A stretch of DNA of 63,998 nucleotides, counting the filler, from Trypethelium eluteriae (Eukaryota): NCBI GenBank assembly GCA_051942245.1. It is 3 parts of 3 records of this genome, joined end to end, with 100 filler letters (N's around TTAATTAATTAA, not from the genome) between each part and the next. Parts side by side here need not be neighbours in the genome. Positions count along the whole stretch, not along the records: positions 22,712 to 45,308 come from JAVECL010000439.1; positions 45,409 to 63,998 come from JAVECL010000554.1; 1 more part is not named here. One strand, given 5' to 3'. The notes under the pieces are model-generated. The model searched no databases. It was given only the letters and a program-made list of their open reading frames with translations, and was not told the origin of the DNA. Shown here piece after piece: positions 38,175 through 50,500 of the stretch (position 1 is its first letter; each line of letters starts with the position of its first letter). The translations under genes were made by a program, and so were the position numbers.

Positions 38175-39597
38175 ATGGCAAACCATTTCGTCTCGAGTTA
38201 TCAGAAATTGCCGAAAAAGCGATGCGGTATGTACCAACTTTCCCCTTTGCCCCCTGTCTCTTTACATCTCTCTCCTCGGCCTCGGCCCGCTGTGAATTTT
38301 CTTGTGGCATTGTTTGTATGCAAATATAAACCGCATAGTAGCTGAACTTACTTGATGCGTACAACTGATTTTCTATCTAGGTATCCTCGGAGCTACAGGT
38401 GCTGTCGGCCAACGTTTTATTCTTCTCCTGTCTGAACATCCGTATCTGGAGATTTCCACTATTGGCGCTTCTGAGAGAAGTGCGGGCAAAAGCTACGCTG
38501 AAGCGGCTCAGTGGCGTCAATCAGAGCCTATCCCTGCTACAGTTGCAAACATGGCTGTGCAAGAATGTCGACCTGAACTCTTCAAGGGCTGTGATATTAT
38601 CTTTTCAGGCCTCAACACAACAAAGGCGCAGGAGGTCGAGCTGGCCTTTGCTGGGTTGTACCCCGTATTCTCGAATGCCTCTATGTATCGGATGGATCCC
38701 TTGACGCCCCTAGTCGTTCCTACGGTAAATTTAGCCCACATGGGACTTATTACAGCTCAGCGGCAGCACTTGAAGTCTGAAGGGAAGGGTTTTTTGGTTA
38801 CGAATTCGAACTGATATAACTCCATCTCATCCCTCTCCATACATATACGTACATATACGTATATGTCAGAGGAATGATTAACTTGCCCAATCAGTGCCGT
38901 AACCGGGATCGTTATCCCCTTCGCCGCCCTCCAAGCAAGGTTCGGCCGAATCCTCGAAGTCAGCGTCGTCACGCTCCAAGCATTATCGGGCGCTGGTTAC
39001 CCTGGGGTCTCGTCGATGGACATTATCGACAACATTGTCCCCTACATCGAATCGGAAGAATCGAAGATTGAGACGGAAGCCTGCAAGATTCTAGGCAGTC
39101 TAAATCCTGAAAAGAACCAGGTTATGCCACAGCAGATGCGAGTATCAGCAGCCTGCAATCGGTAAGCACAACTACTACCTCCATGCTATTGCAAGCTTAT
39201 TTGATTATTTCCGCCTAACTGACTACCACTTCTGTCTAGCGTCCCCGTCCTCGACGGCCATACCGCCTGCGTCTCCCTCCGCTTTGCCACTCGCCCCCCA
39301 CCCAATGTTTTAGCTGTTGAAGCTGCCCTGCAGTCCTATATCAGTGAAGCCCAGACTATCGGATGCTACTCTGCGCCTGCGCAGGCTATTGTTGTGCATA
39401 AAGATCCGACACGGCCGCAACCCCGGCTGGACCGCAATATGGAGCGCGGGTATGCTGTTAGTGTAGGGCGCGTGCGAGAAGACGAGTCTGGAATCTTTGA
39501 TATTAAGTTTGTGGCGCTAAGTCATAATATCATTATTGGAGCGGCGGGGAGCAGTGTCTTAAATTGTGAAGCGGCAATTTTGAAGGGATATTGTTAG
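38175..39597 (+). pseudogene. HOM2: Aspartate-semialdehyde dehydrogenase (divergent copy; non-canonical donor at intron 2; 3' end hit by an LTR element)
   Basis: [81 protein letters not shown]. Intron 38814-38894 begins AT rather than GT. Confidence 0.85.
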
Positions 39598-40846
39598 GGC
39601 TTGGCACGGCTCCATCTCATATTTTTGCACATACAGCAGATGAGACCTTACAATACACAACAATTTGTAGCTGACGCTGCAAAGATCCCCTGTTTTGATC
39701 AATTGATCTTCCATTGAGTTGGTGAGACGTTTACATGCCTCCAAAGGCGACTCCGCACGCCACGCGCGCGACTGGCAGTCAACAGGCTGTCTCCTGTAGT
39801 CTCTCCACCACCGAGCGACTGCACTCTAGAGCAAGCCGCAACAACAGGATGTTCAAGTCTCCTCCTCCGATCACACACGCGAGGGCGTCCACGAAACGAT
39901 CGAGCTCCCAGAACGGCCCAAACAATATTGGCGAACACATCAGGCTACAAAGGAAGCTAAAAAGGAAGAGATTGGGCGTTTGCGGCCAGATCATGATGCT
40001 CCTGAGACACAGTATACCGAGGGCAAGAATAAGATTTATGCCGGTGTTACGCTGTTTATGAGGAGTTTGGCACGGCTGTCAGAGAGACCCAGTGTACGCG
40101 GTGACGGCGCACTTGATTGCCTATGTGGGGCAGGCGCCAGGCTGGTCTGATACCATGAATGGAGAGTAGCAGGAAGATCTTGAAGATCTTGAAGATCAGG
40201 CAGGAATTGAGGCTTTGATGCAAGCCTTTTAAACGCTTCAAGATCAGTAGAGGTGAAGCCGCCTCAAATACAGCCGATACACCATCGAAATGACCGCACA
40301 AGAGGATGTGCCTTTTACGTCCTATTTCGATCAGATCTCTCGCCTCTGCCAAGCGGTCCATTACACAGAGCTTCAAATCAAGGACTAGGTACACGAGAAT
40401 CTATACGCAGAAATCGCTTGAAAGCTTATCGACATTAAAGACTGCAGGAAGCGCGTTTGCAGAGCGTAAAGCACTTATTAATCAGAAATTCCACTACAAG
40501 CCACCTCCTCAGCGAGATCGGTTGCAAGTCTTACCAGCACCACCTACAACGTCACCAGTAGAGCGAAACCGCGCGCAGGAGAAGCGAAAGCTTAAAGATT
40601 GGCTATATAAGGTCAGAAAGGATCAACGAAGGACTTGCTTTACACACGCACACAATGGAGACCTACCATCAGAAGATAGGAACTCAAGGCGAATGACATC
40701 GCTCTTTAATGATTATTATTTCCTATTTCAGATACCTTGTTGGTTCGAGGACTTTATCATTTCGTGGGAGGGCAGATGTTAGGGCCTAGCACGGCTTCAT
40801 CTCTCATATAACATATACAGCAGACTGGACTTTACAATCTATAACA
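39592..40846 (+). mobile_element. Non-autonomous mini LTR retroelement (TRIM-like), 1255 bp
   Basis: Direct repeats 39592-39662 and 40777-40846 (about three-quarters identical by eye), element termini TGTTA...TAACA, 5-bp TSD GATAT at 39587-39591 and 40847-40851, purine tract GGGAGGGCAGA at 40766-40776, broken internal ORFs. Confidence 0.8.
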
Positions 40847-41004
40847 GATATATTGAATATAATTGCAAAAAAAAAAAAAAAATCTCATTGTTATACTTCC
40901 CATTCATTATCCAGTTTTTATTAACAATTAGAAAGTCAGAAATTTATTACGCGTAGTTTTGTGGCAGGGTATGAGCTAGTGGATTGCTTATATCTACGTC
41001 AAGC

Positions 41005-41172
41005 TGCTATCCAAAGCAGACGGCTGTCCGAAATAAGCGGCTGTCCGAACTAAAAGCGGCTGTCCGAACTAGGTGGCTGTCCAAGCCAAAAGGCCGTTCA
41101 AACTGGTCGGCTGTTCAAATCACATGGTTGTCCGAATCGAAAGGCCAACCAAGAGAAGCGGCCAGCCGAATT
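41005..41172. repeat. Degenerate tandem array of ~9-10 units, core GGCTGTCCGAA, period 16-19 bp
   Basis: cggctgtccgaaataag cggctgtccgaactaaaag cggctgtccgaactagg tggctgtccaagcc... read directly. Confidence 0.85.
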
Positions 41173-42309
41173 TGGAGGCCTGTTGGTCAATGCATCTCTA
41201 TGGGTTATCGAATCCCGATTTTAGGCCCTCATCATCACTCTCAAGCCCAAGATCGGGCGCCGACAAAGGGTTGATCAGACCAGCTCAGGTCGGCTCAGCC
41301 TGGCTTAGGCCACCGCTCACGCTGCTTACTCGTGGTTCACATTATACCCCTGCGTTTTTCACGTCAAAGAACAGAAATGGAGTTTGTATGAGGTCACTTT
41401 GTCTTCATATATCTACTGCTATATCCACGGTCCTCCGTAGCTCCTAGACTGAGATTCTGCACCACAATCAACTCGGTTTCTTTTACTTCAACACCTATCA
41501 GGTTCAGATCCGAACGAAAAAAACCTCTACCCACCGAAAAACAAGGATTCCCTTCAACTACCGGCCGACCAAGGCAGAATGCGGCCTCAAGCCCGTCAAG
41601 CCACCAGCAGACAAGTAAAATGGCACTCGGCAGAGGGACTCTTCCCTGCGGGTTCAAGAACAGGCAATTCGTCTACGGCGTAAATGGAGACAAACCCATC
41701 CCGCCAGGAGAAAGGAACGAAACGCAATTTGCTCTCTGCACCACTTTGGCTCTGTTTTACACTGCACTTGGTAAATTCTGGCTCCAATAAAGGCGTGCTG
41801 ATATTGTATTGTGATTGATATGCTGTAGTAAAATGGACTGGTCCAAACTGATTCTCGTCCTTATTGGTACCCTCTTCGTCAATCTTGTCTTGCTTTCTGT
41901 AGGTCTGATTTTGAAGGATGAGCTCGTGGATCGATGGATTCATTGAATCTTGCCCATGCTCCATCCTGAGCGGATGCGGGTCCGGATCGACCAGTCTGCT
42001 AGGGGGCTCCTCGTCGGACTAAGGGAAGATGCGAGTCCAGATGGACCAGCCTTCAAGGGCACTGCTTGTCAGGGCCCAGGCTAGGTGCCTATGCGGGCAG
42101 TCACACCTAATTGAACAGTGGCGGAGGCGTTTTTCTTGAAATGTCTTCTTTAACTGTTTACATCGCAGGTTCATGTTCGCCTCGAGGCACATCCTCTTGA
42201 ACTGTCAATGCTGAAATTTTATGCGCAACGTTTTAGTAAAGCTGACAATGACGCTAGACCTCAAAATCGATGTCACTTCCCACGAGCAATTTAATAATGA
42301 AGTATGCAA

Positions 42310-43716
42310 TTAATTTGACAGCTCATGCCTAGTCGAATTTTCCAATTCACTCAATCTCTCATGCGCTTCAAGCTCCGGATAAGTGTGAAGCGGTCTATCA
42401 CCTGGCTCTAGCTTGTGCTCTCCAGGTGCAGGATGCTCAATCGAATTAGCATCTCTATTTCTTTTCGCGATCCAACGTCTTCGAAGGCAGTAGGCAAAAA
42501 TTGCTGCGGCGATAGCTCCGCCGCCGATAGCGATACCTGTACCGATACCGGTCTTGGAGCCTTTGGATAAGCCACTTGGAGGAATGCTCTTGGAAGGAGT
42601 CGCGATTGGTGATGGGGACGTAGATGCCGTAATTGGTGGATGCTGAGTTGATATAGTTGTGTTTTCCGGAAAGGAAAGCTGTGGACGTGTGATGTTGTGA
42701 GGGGAGAGGATGCTTTGGCAAAAGCAATCAGCGATTGACGGGTCACATCAGAGGAGCTTTAGAAGACTTATTACCTGTCAATTACATGCATGACACCATT
42801 TGATACTAAGTAATCCGGTGTCGTGATCTTAGCGGCATTTAGGTAAATGTCACCGTCGTTGTCAATCGTTACAAGGATAGGAACACCCGCTGTAGTGTTC
42901 AATGTAGACCCGTTGATAAAGTCCGAAGAATAGTATAGTCCGATGACTATGTGATATTCGAGTAGGACATTGACCTGAGATTGATTCTGCTCGGACGGTA
43001 GATTCGCCAATGCACTCTCGCTGTTTGGAAAAAGTAAGGTGACGTCTGCCATTGTGTCGAAGCCCTGAACGAACGCTGCATTCTCCGGGTGGAGGAAGTA
43101 TCCTGATGTGAAAACTTCATCGAAGTACTCCAATCGAGCAGCGGACGCTTCACGGAGCGAATTCAGAGGTATCTCAAGCACGGTATCAATGATGTGAATT
43201 ATCCCTCCAGTAGATATAATGTCCTATTTTGAAGATCAGCACGAGCCGTTTCCCTGAAGCGGGGACAGCGATGACCGCAGCAGTAATTATAGATGTAGTT
43301 TTATCCCCCGACTGGAACTTTGCCTGACCGTCGAACAGAAATTCGACTCGTTGACCGCCAGTGACATTAGTGTACCTGGTATCGTTCAAGGCTGAACTCA
43401 TAAAGATTGATACATTATACCATCCTTTAACGGGAGGAGAAAGTAGCAGACTGCCTGTGAGCAGGTGATACGTCAGCAGTATATCGATGCTCGTATTGGA
43501 GGACGGCGACCGAGTCCATGTGGCAATAGCATCATTTGATGGAGCCAAAAAGGTGAAGTTATTGGCGGCCTCAAGCTGTGTGAATAAGACCGACGAGTTG
43601 GTAATTATTGATGTAAGACTACTCAGTTGAGAGTATTGAGAGAGCACTTCATTGATGTTCTGAGAGCTTACCAGCTGGTTGATAGCGGCGAGGATAGTAA
43701 GCTTTATGGTTTTCAT
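42310..43716 (-). CDS. Fasciclin (two FAS1 domains) single-pass membrane protein
   Basis: Signal peptide MKTIKLTILAA; FTFLAPSNDA, LLTYH, GGIIHIIDTVL, VTLLFPNSE, LLEYH, NGVMHVID; last exon has an S/T/P-rich stalk, TM GIGTGIAIGGGAIAAAIFAYCL, RRR and a stop at 42310. Confidence 0.85.
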
Positions 43717-45163
43717 GCTGCACAGATCATAACATTTCCATCTTCGAGTGGACAAGGGAATCATGCGAGGGCATGAGCGCAATATACGCCGTGCAGATAC
43801 CCCACTCTCCGGATTAAGGAGGTGGAGAGTATTGCGGATTCCTGCATCCCTGTGTTACGTATCTGTAGATGTATGGATATCGTGGGAAGTAGCGTTGATA
43901 TATTGCACAATGATTGAGCAGGCAATGTGTGAGGCCGGAAATCCAGGTAAGAGTTTCCAGATGCAGGTCCATCCTCGACGATCTGATCGAGCTCATCTCA
44001 GAATGACAAGAGAAGTTGAAGACTTATTTGCTACGGGTTAGAGACGACTGTTGGTTCTTGGGACGCTCTGGGCATGGCGCAAAGCTGTTGTGCACCAAAC
44101 GGACGCCGAATCTGTATCACAGCATTTGAGAAGCCAGCCAGGATCAGCAGAGATCCAAAAGAGTCGCTATAGCAGGGATCGGCGCACGGTCGAGAGAGTA
44201 TCTTGTAATATTCTCAGCAATGTAGAGGTCAGGACTAGTAAGAGAAGTCAGTTATTGGAGCCTTGGTTCCGAAGCCAAAAGGCAAACGCGCAGATCTGCC
44301 CACTCACGATAAATAAAGAGACGTTGTTTCGTTCCTTGATCGTCGTCACCAATTGCTATCATCAGAGATATGCTGGCAAGTATCGTTTGTTTGTTTGGTC
44401 TGTGAGACAATCTTTCTTTTCCTACGCGCTAGATAATCATTCAACTCATACCCTTCTTTGAGACGTTTGTGGTGCTCACTTTGTGTGACAAATAGAGTGT
44501 TGGTTAACCGCAAGTTGGTGACTCTACGTGACAAGCACGACTTCGATTCCAACTGTGCCTTTTTTTCCCTAGTCCTTGCGAACATATGGTAAAACTTCAC
44601 GGGCTAATAGAGGTAGAAAAAAAACCCCCGAGGACAAGAGGTGTTATAAGAATAGCTCGAGAAAATCCAGGCTTAGCAAAGGGCAAAACTAAAGCCTGGG
44701 GAAGCCACGGAAACGCCTCGAGGAAAAGTCCCGGAGGTATTTTTTACTAGTTAAGCCACAACCCCAATCACAGATTTGTATCACAGCTATGGCGCACTTA
44801 ACCAATACACCATACGCCCCTCTGCTAAGAATCAGTATTATAACAATCAATATGTATACCTTGGTTTTCACCCAAGCCCAACAAAATTCAAGAAACGCCT
44901 TTCTCTCGACTGCTGCAATGCTAAGTGAGCGCGAGTAGGAGGTGGACCAGTAGACCAGTGTAATGAAAGGCGGTGAACTCCGATACCCTTTTCCTCTATG
45001 CATAGTAAGAGAAGACGTTAAGTAGAGAGCGTTACCTGCATCAATCCTAACCGTGCCTTATGGACATCCGTCAAACAATGCACCAAGTGCATTCAAGAGC
45101 TCAACGTTTCAGAGACTACGCGTAGTATCTTGGAACATGCCAAAAGCCCATCCTACTCCATGC

Positions 45164-45308
45164 TCATCCTTTTGACATCCTCCTCCATGCCCATGATGCC
45201 CATCGCCCAATGCAACCTCGCCTTCTCACTCGTCCTCAACAGCCTCCGATCCGTCTGATCCACATCATCCTGATCCTCACCCTGCGCCACCCTCTCCCCC
45301 CCATCCAC
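45164..45308 (-). CDS. Probable 3' end of an unidentified gene cut by the gap
   Basis: Open frame from the gap: GWGERVAQGEDQDDVDQTDRRLLRTSEKARLHWAMGIMGMEEDVKG-stop, with coding-like composition. Confidence 0.45.
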
Positions 45309-45408
45309 NNNNNNNNNNNNNNNNNNNNNNNNNNNNNNNNNNNNNNNNNNNNTTAATTAATTAANNNNNNNNNNNNNNNNNNNNNNNNNNNNNNNNNNNN
45401 NNNNNNNN
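45309..45408. other. Artificial contig spacer N44-TTAATTAATTAA-N44
   Basis: Same 100-bp structure as 22612-22711. Confidence 0.97.
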
Positions 45409-45749
45409 CCCTCCCCCGCGGAAGCTCTTCTGAACAGCACTAGAGCATTGGAGACGACTGTTGAATGTACCCGTGTAGACGCTTACGGCAACTTCCCCCG
45501 CAATCCCGCGCCATTCAATCAACGCCTGGCTTGCCCGCAGCACGGCTTGCTGTAGCACGGTTTCGAGCCCGTCCGCCAACTGCTGGTCGAGCCGGTTTAT
45601 TCCATTGGAGGGGTCCGGGCGCACTTTGAAGACATATCGCCGGTCTTTATTCCGCGTACACGCATCTCGACCTCATCTACAGTCCTGCTGCCACCCTTTC
45701 CTTTGCACGGCGCTGGTCGTCTTCTACCCTCTCCACCCCAATTACTCCA

Positions 45750-47500
45750 ATGAGTTCAGACATACTTACGAGCCCGGTGCCGCCTCCGGGTCTTACGCGA
45801 CTCAGTATCAGTTCGACATCTCAGCCTTCCTCGTCCTCGAGCGAGTCCCCTCTTACTACACCCTCTTTCGGCAACCCCTTGCGCTTCTCGAGCGACGGTG
45901 GCAGCGACGAGGAGCCCGAAATCGTACCAAAAGTTGAGGAGCTAGAAGAGAATGGCATACCAATACCGAAAATCGAACCGAGCTCTGAAGACAATACAAT
46001 CTCTCCAAGTCCCATAACTCCCAGACGAGGCCGGGGCCGGCCGCGCAAACACCCACCTGTCACCACCACCGCTGCCAAAGGTCGTTCGAAGACGGGATGT
46101 TTCACATGCCGTAAGCGCAAGAAGAAATGTGACGAGGCTAAGCCTTCCTGTATGCAGTGTCCAACCCCGTTCCCCAGCCTTATGAAGCTGACCAAGCTGA
46201 CACACCGGTAGGCAACCACTGCTTAAAGAACAATGTCGTGTGCGAGGGCTATCCACCGAAGGCTTATTGGCGAAGCGGCAAGCAGCGACGGGCTAGTTTT
46301 GCCCTTGACCCACCGGCGGAGCTTCCCTTGCTTATCGATGGGGTGGAGACGGAGACGGACCGGATCTTCCTCGACCACTTCAATATCAATGTCAGCCGGG
46401 TGCTCACCGTACTCAATGACGATGGCAACCCGTTCAGGACCATCTTGCTACCAATGGCATTGCGCCACGCTGGCTTGATGCATTCCGTGTTGTGCCTGGC
46501 CGGATCGCATCTGGTGGAACGCCATCCGGGCAATTATGATTACGTCGAGCGGCAAGCTCACCACTTTGGTCAAGCCTGCAGGAAGCTCAGGATGGACGAG
46601 GCAATGGCAGCCAACATGGCTGGAGAGTCAGACATGATCATCGAGGATCCTGTCATTGCTTCGACTGTGGTACTATGCCTCGATACCGTTGTCAATGGTG
46701 ACCTCCACGGTCAATACAGATACCACATGGATTCTGCGGAAGCCATTATCAACCGGCAAAGGAAAGACCCTCGGCATATGTCACGCAACGTGGACTTTCA
46801 GATGTTTCTCCATGAATTCTTCAATTACCACAACATTGCCAATTCCATCACCAATTACCAGCGAAGGAATGTCTTCATGAGCGAAGATTTCGAGCTACCT
46901 CAATTCATGATACAGCCTGAAGCAGGTGCGCTCCTCGGTGTCATGGACGGCCTGTTTGGCATTCTCTCCCGGATACGCAAGATACGAGACTCGGTACGGC
47001 AGCGGAAACACGCCGGCTACCTCCCGCTCGTGGACTACGAACTCCTTAGCGACGCGCAGCAGATCGACGTCGCGCTCCGGCAGTGGCGATGCGTGCACGA
47101 GAAGGGAACGGCGCGCCACGTCGCCTCGATGCTCTACCGGCAGACCACGTGGATCTACCTGCGGCGCACCGTGCTCGCCGACCAACCGCCAGATCAGAAA
47201 GTGCACGAGGCCGTGCACGACGGCTTGATGTATCTGCGCCAGCTCCCCGGCGACGACTCGACCCAGAGCATCCTCCTGATGCCGCTCTTCCTGCTCGGCT
47301 GCTCCGCCTACAAGACCGAATACCGGCCTGAGATCTCCGAGGCCTTCGACCGCCTCCAGGCCTACTCTGAGTTCGGCAACATCAAGTATGCGCGCCAGAT
47401 CGTGCTGCGCATCTGGGAGATGATGGATGGCGGGGATGAGGATGTCTGGGATTGGGAGACGATCATCTCGAACATGGGCTGGGACTTTCTCATCACGTGA
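45750..47500 (+). CDS. Zn(II)2Cys6 transcription factor with AT-hook and fungal-specific TF domain (Fungal_trans_2 type)
   Basis: RGRGRPRKHP AT-hook; RSKTGCFTCRKRKKKCDEAKPSC|NHCLKNNVVCEGY across intron ~46151-46211; NPFRTILLPMA, LLMPLFLLGC, WDWE motifs. Confidence 0.9.
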
Positions 47501-50500
47501 ACGCCAGAAGGATACCTTTCCTACCTTATTTTTTTTTTTTTTTGGTGTTCTCCTTATTTTGAGCCGGCTTTCCGGGAAGAGGAAAAGACGCATCAAAAAC
47601 GGAGATCATTCGGGGGGCCGGCGTGATGTAGCGCCTTTAGCCCGGTATGGAGTTTGTTTTCTTTTTCTTTTTTCCCTTTTTTGCAAAAATACCATAGGTG
47701 GATTGGCGTGACGTCCCATCTTTTGGTGGCGTTTCTAACGTGGTCAGAACCCAGACTTATGGGAATCTGGGAAGACGATCTGGGTTAGGGGGCAATTTGC
47801 ACCTGTTTTGGCGCCGAAGGCCGGCTTTCGTTAATATGCATTGCAAGCGATACATACATAATGCGGCATTTCCTGGGAGATCACGATGGGGTTAGGGTTT
47901 CCATTTTCTTTTTGCAAAAGTGCCTGCTGGGTTGGTCTCGCAATGGGATGATCTTCTTATCTCCCGCACCTGCTTCTCTTCATCTCCTTGTCTGATGACG
48001 TTGCGGTGGCCCGAGAGAGGCTGTATCTATGGCACAGATCATCACACGATTCCGCTCCTGAGTGGAGGCGATGTCGGCAGGGAAATGATGCGGCAGGCAT
48101 GATTGGCAGTGGAGATGTAAAACCAGAAAGCTTAATGGAGATGCCTGTACAGAGCAAGAGCCTTCAGACGGCCTCAAATTCAACGACATTGCATCTACAT
48201 ATGCCGCCAAGACGAGCCGACATGGAAGGGCGGACCCAGCAGCATGGTCCTAAACAAATGTTGAATCCTTGGCCACGTCAGTGTTGTGCGGTGATCAGAA
48301 ATTGTCCCTCTCGAGGGGCTAGTGGCGTTTCCGTCCGCCACAGGGCCGTTGACAGCGGAATCCCTGTGCCCTCAGTCCGCCGTCCGCTGCCCCTGCATTG
48401 GATCAGCAACTTTGCGAGTATGCTCCATAGTGAGAAGGACGCTCGAGGAGCAATTTCTTTGATTAGATTTTGGTCCATTAGGCGGGCCTTGAGCTAGTAC
48501 TCCGTAGCACGACCATGACTAACACCACTAAGACGGCGCGGCGGTTAAGCGAGAGCTCCCACAAGACCCACAACTCAGGCGAGAGGGAAAGGTAGTACTC
48601 CGTACAGAATTTTGCCTTTTCCCAAAATCAGGCCCCGGTTGCCGACAATCGCAGCAACGCTGTCGTCTCATGGCTCCATTTGTCGGCGTCCCATGCAATG
48701 TCTGCCAGACTGCATCACGCAAGTCGAACGAAGCCTCGCCTGATTGTGCGCAGAAGCACGTCCAGGAGCGTTTGGGAATCCCAGAGTTTCTCCCCAGGCT
48801 CCGCAGTGCTAATAAAGCCGGCTCATGACGGCACGAGGGTCAAAGCGTGCCTTCACGACGTACTCTAATTACTGCACATATCACAGCCGCCCTTCTGGGT
48901 ATTCATCCAGCTGAGACGGTAGCAGCGGGGGAGCCGCATATGCATACGGAACGATTCGGGTAGCCTCGTTCGAATCTGAAATCTCCCTCCAGAGTCAGAA
49001 GGGAATCATACCATCTCGCCCCGAACCGTTGCTAAATCCTCTAGTTGCTGTGTACAACCTACTGTACCTAAGCAGACGACGATTTGGTGATGTCAGGCGG
49101 GAGCGGTCCGAAGCGAATCGTTGCTAGGTGGCTAGGTGGCTAGATACTAGGTAATTAGACAGTTCACCAAGCTGAGGCGGGCTGGTGCGACACCGGGGTC
49201 TGGGAGATCCAGGCAAGCGACTGTCGTGGGTCGTATCCCACAACCATCCTGGCCGCCTGAATACGGAGCATCGTCTGGAAGAACGAAAGACCAGGCAGGC
49301 TGGTGAAGCCGGATTGATTGCAGCAAACCTTGAAGCGTGCCGGAGAGATTCATCCCATCAGTGGCGTCCCATCAGTGGCATCCTTCCAGCTCACCGTGGC
49401 CACTTCCTCATGCTTCGGTCTTTGCGGCCGGGGCGGTGGACCCGCATCTGACCTGTCTTGTCACTATTCCGCCAATGGCAACTCTGAATCCAGCGCCGTC
49501 TTCCTAGCTCCTCTAAACCATCCACTCACTCGGGACCGAGGGGGCAAAATCGCAATTGCCATCATGCATTTGTTGTTGAGGCCAAGGGCCGAATTTCCAT
49601 GATCCCGCATCTGCAGAGCATCGTGTTTCGCTTAGGGTTTGGGATGCACTGGCTGGTAGGCTTTCGTGTTGCAGTATCACCAGCATCACCCAGCAGCACG
49701 ACCGAAAGCTTGGGTGAACTCTGAACAAGTTTTTTTTCCCGTCTGCTCCGCTGAGCTTCCCTACACAGAAGGTCTCGTGACTCTAAGCATGCACTGGGGA
49801 CGAGAGGGGCAATTGTCGTGCAGCAGGGCCCATCTTGAGTCTCGGAAACTCCAATAGATTGTTCGCTGCAGGCAAACTGCATGCCAGACGTTAGCCCGAT
49901 CCTGTTGTGCTCCCAATGCAACTTCACGTGCGGTTGGCGTGGGGGTCAAACGAGTCCGTCTCATTCCATCCTTTGTTGCTTTTGATCTGAAAATACCCCA
50001 ACCGGCACTTTAGAAGAAGCCTCAAATGATATACTTGAGAAAGGGTACTTCTTTCGTGAGACCCTCCGAGTGTGGCGTATAGATTTTCCATTTTAAGTCA
50101 TCCGTGAGTACGTCTCGATAATGCAGTTTTATTGGTCTTCCACTCCATCGACTCGAAACATCTGAAAATGGTAATCCAAATATTCTCACATCGCACCAGA
50201 AATACTTCTGTTCCAAAAGTCTCGAAAGCCACATCCCAAATGAGGCAGCAAGAACTTTACATACGTATCATCGCCGATTCAAGGTAGGATTCTACCGAGC
50301 CGACTCTAGTGAACAGAACCACAACTACGCACTCGGCAGAACAGAACCAACTCTTTGTGCCGCACCGTCATCCTCGCCGTCATTTACGTAGCCCTCTTCA
50401 TCCCTGTTCAAAAGTACCGAAATTCCAAGATGGGTAACGTGGTCCCCATGCTTTCCATGCCCAAAAAGAAAATCCCCAACCCAAGGAGAGGATTCGCAGC

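Noticed and set aside
38814..38894. U12-type AT-AC intron in asd
   Set aside because: The 5' end is ATATAAC rather than ATATCC, the intron ends in AG, and filamentous ascomycetes are not known to keep the minor spliceosome.
41005..41172. CRISPR-like array
   Set aside because: Units are 16-19 bp with only a few variable bases between cores, degenerate, in a eukaryote with no cas genes.
22712..45308. Starship giant transposon
   Set aside because: No tyrosine-recombinase captain or boundary repeats are visible, although cargo-like genes are present.
46895..47596. 233-aa minus-strand ORF
   Set aside because: Antisense shadow of the GC-rich transcription factor exon.
47889..47899. Telomerase RNA template (AACCCTAACCC on the minus strand)
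   Set aside because: An 11-nt match is plausible by chance, and a ~2-kb RNA continuing from it would run antisense through the transcription factor CDS; no pseudoknot or CR4/5 recognised.
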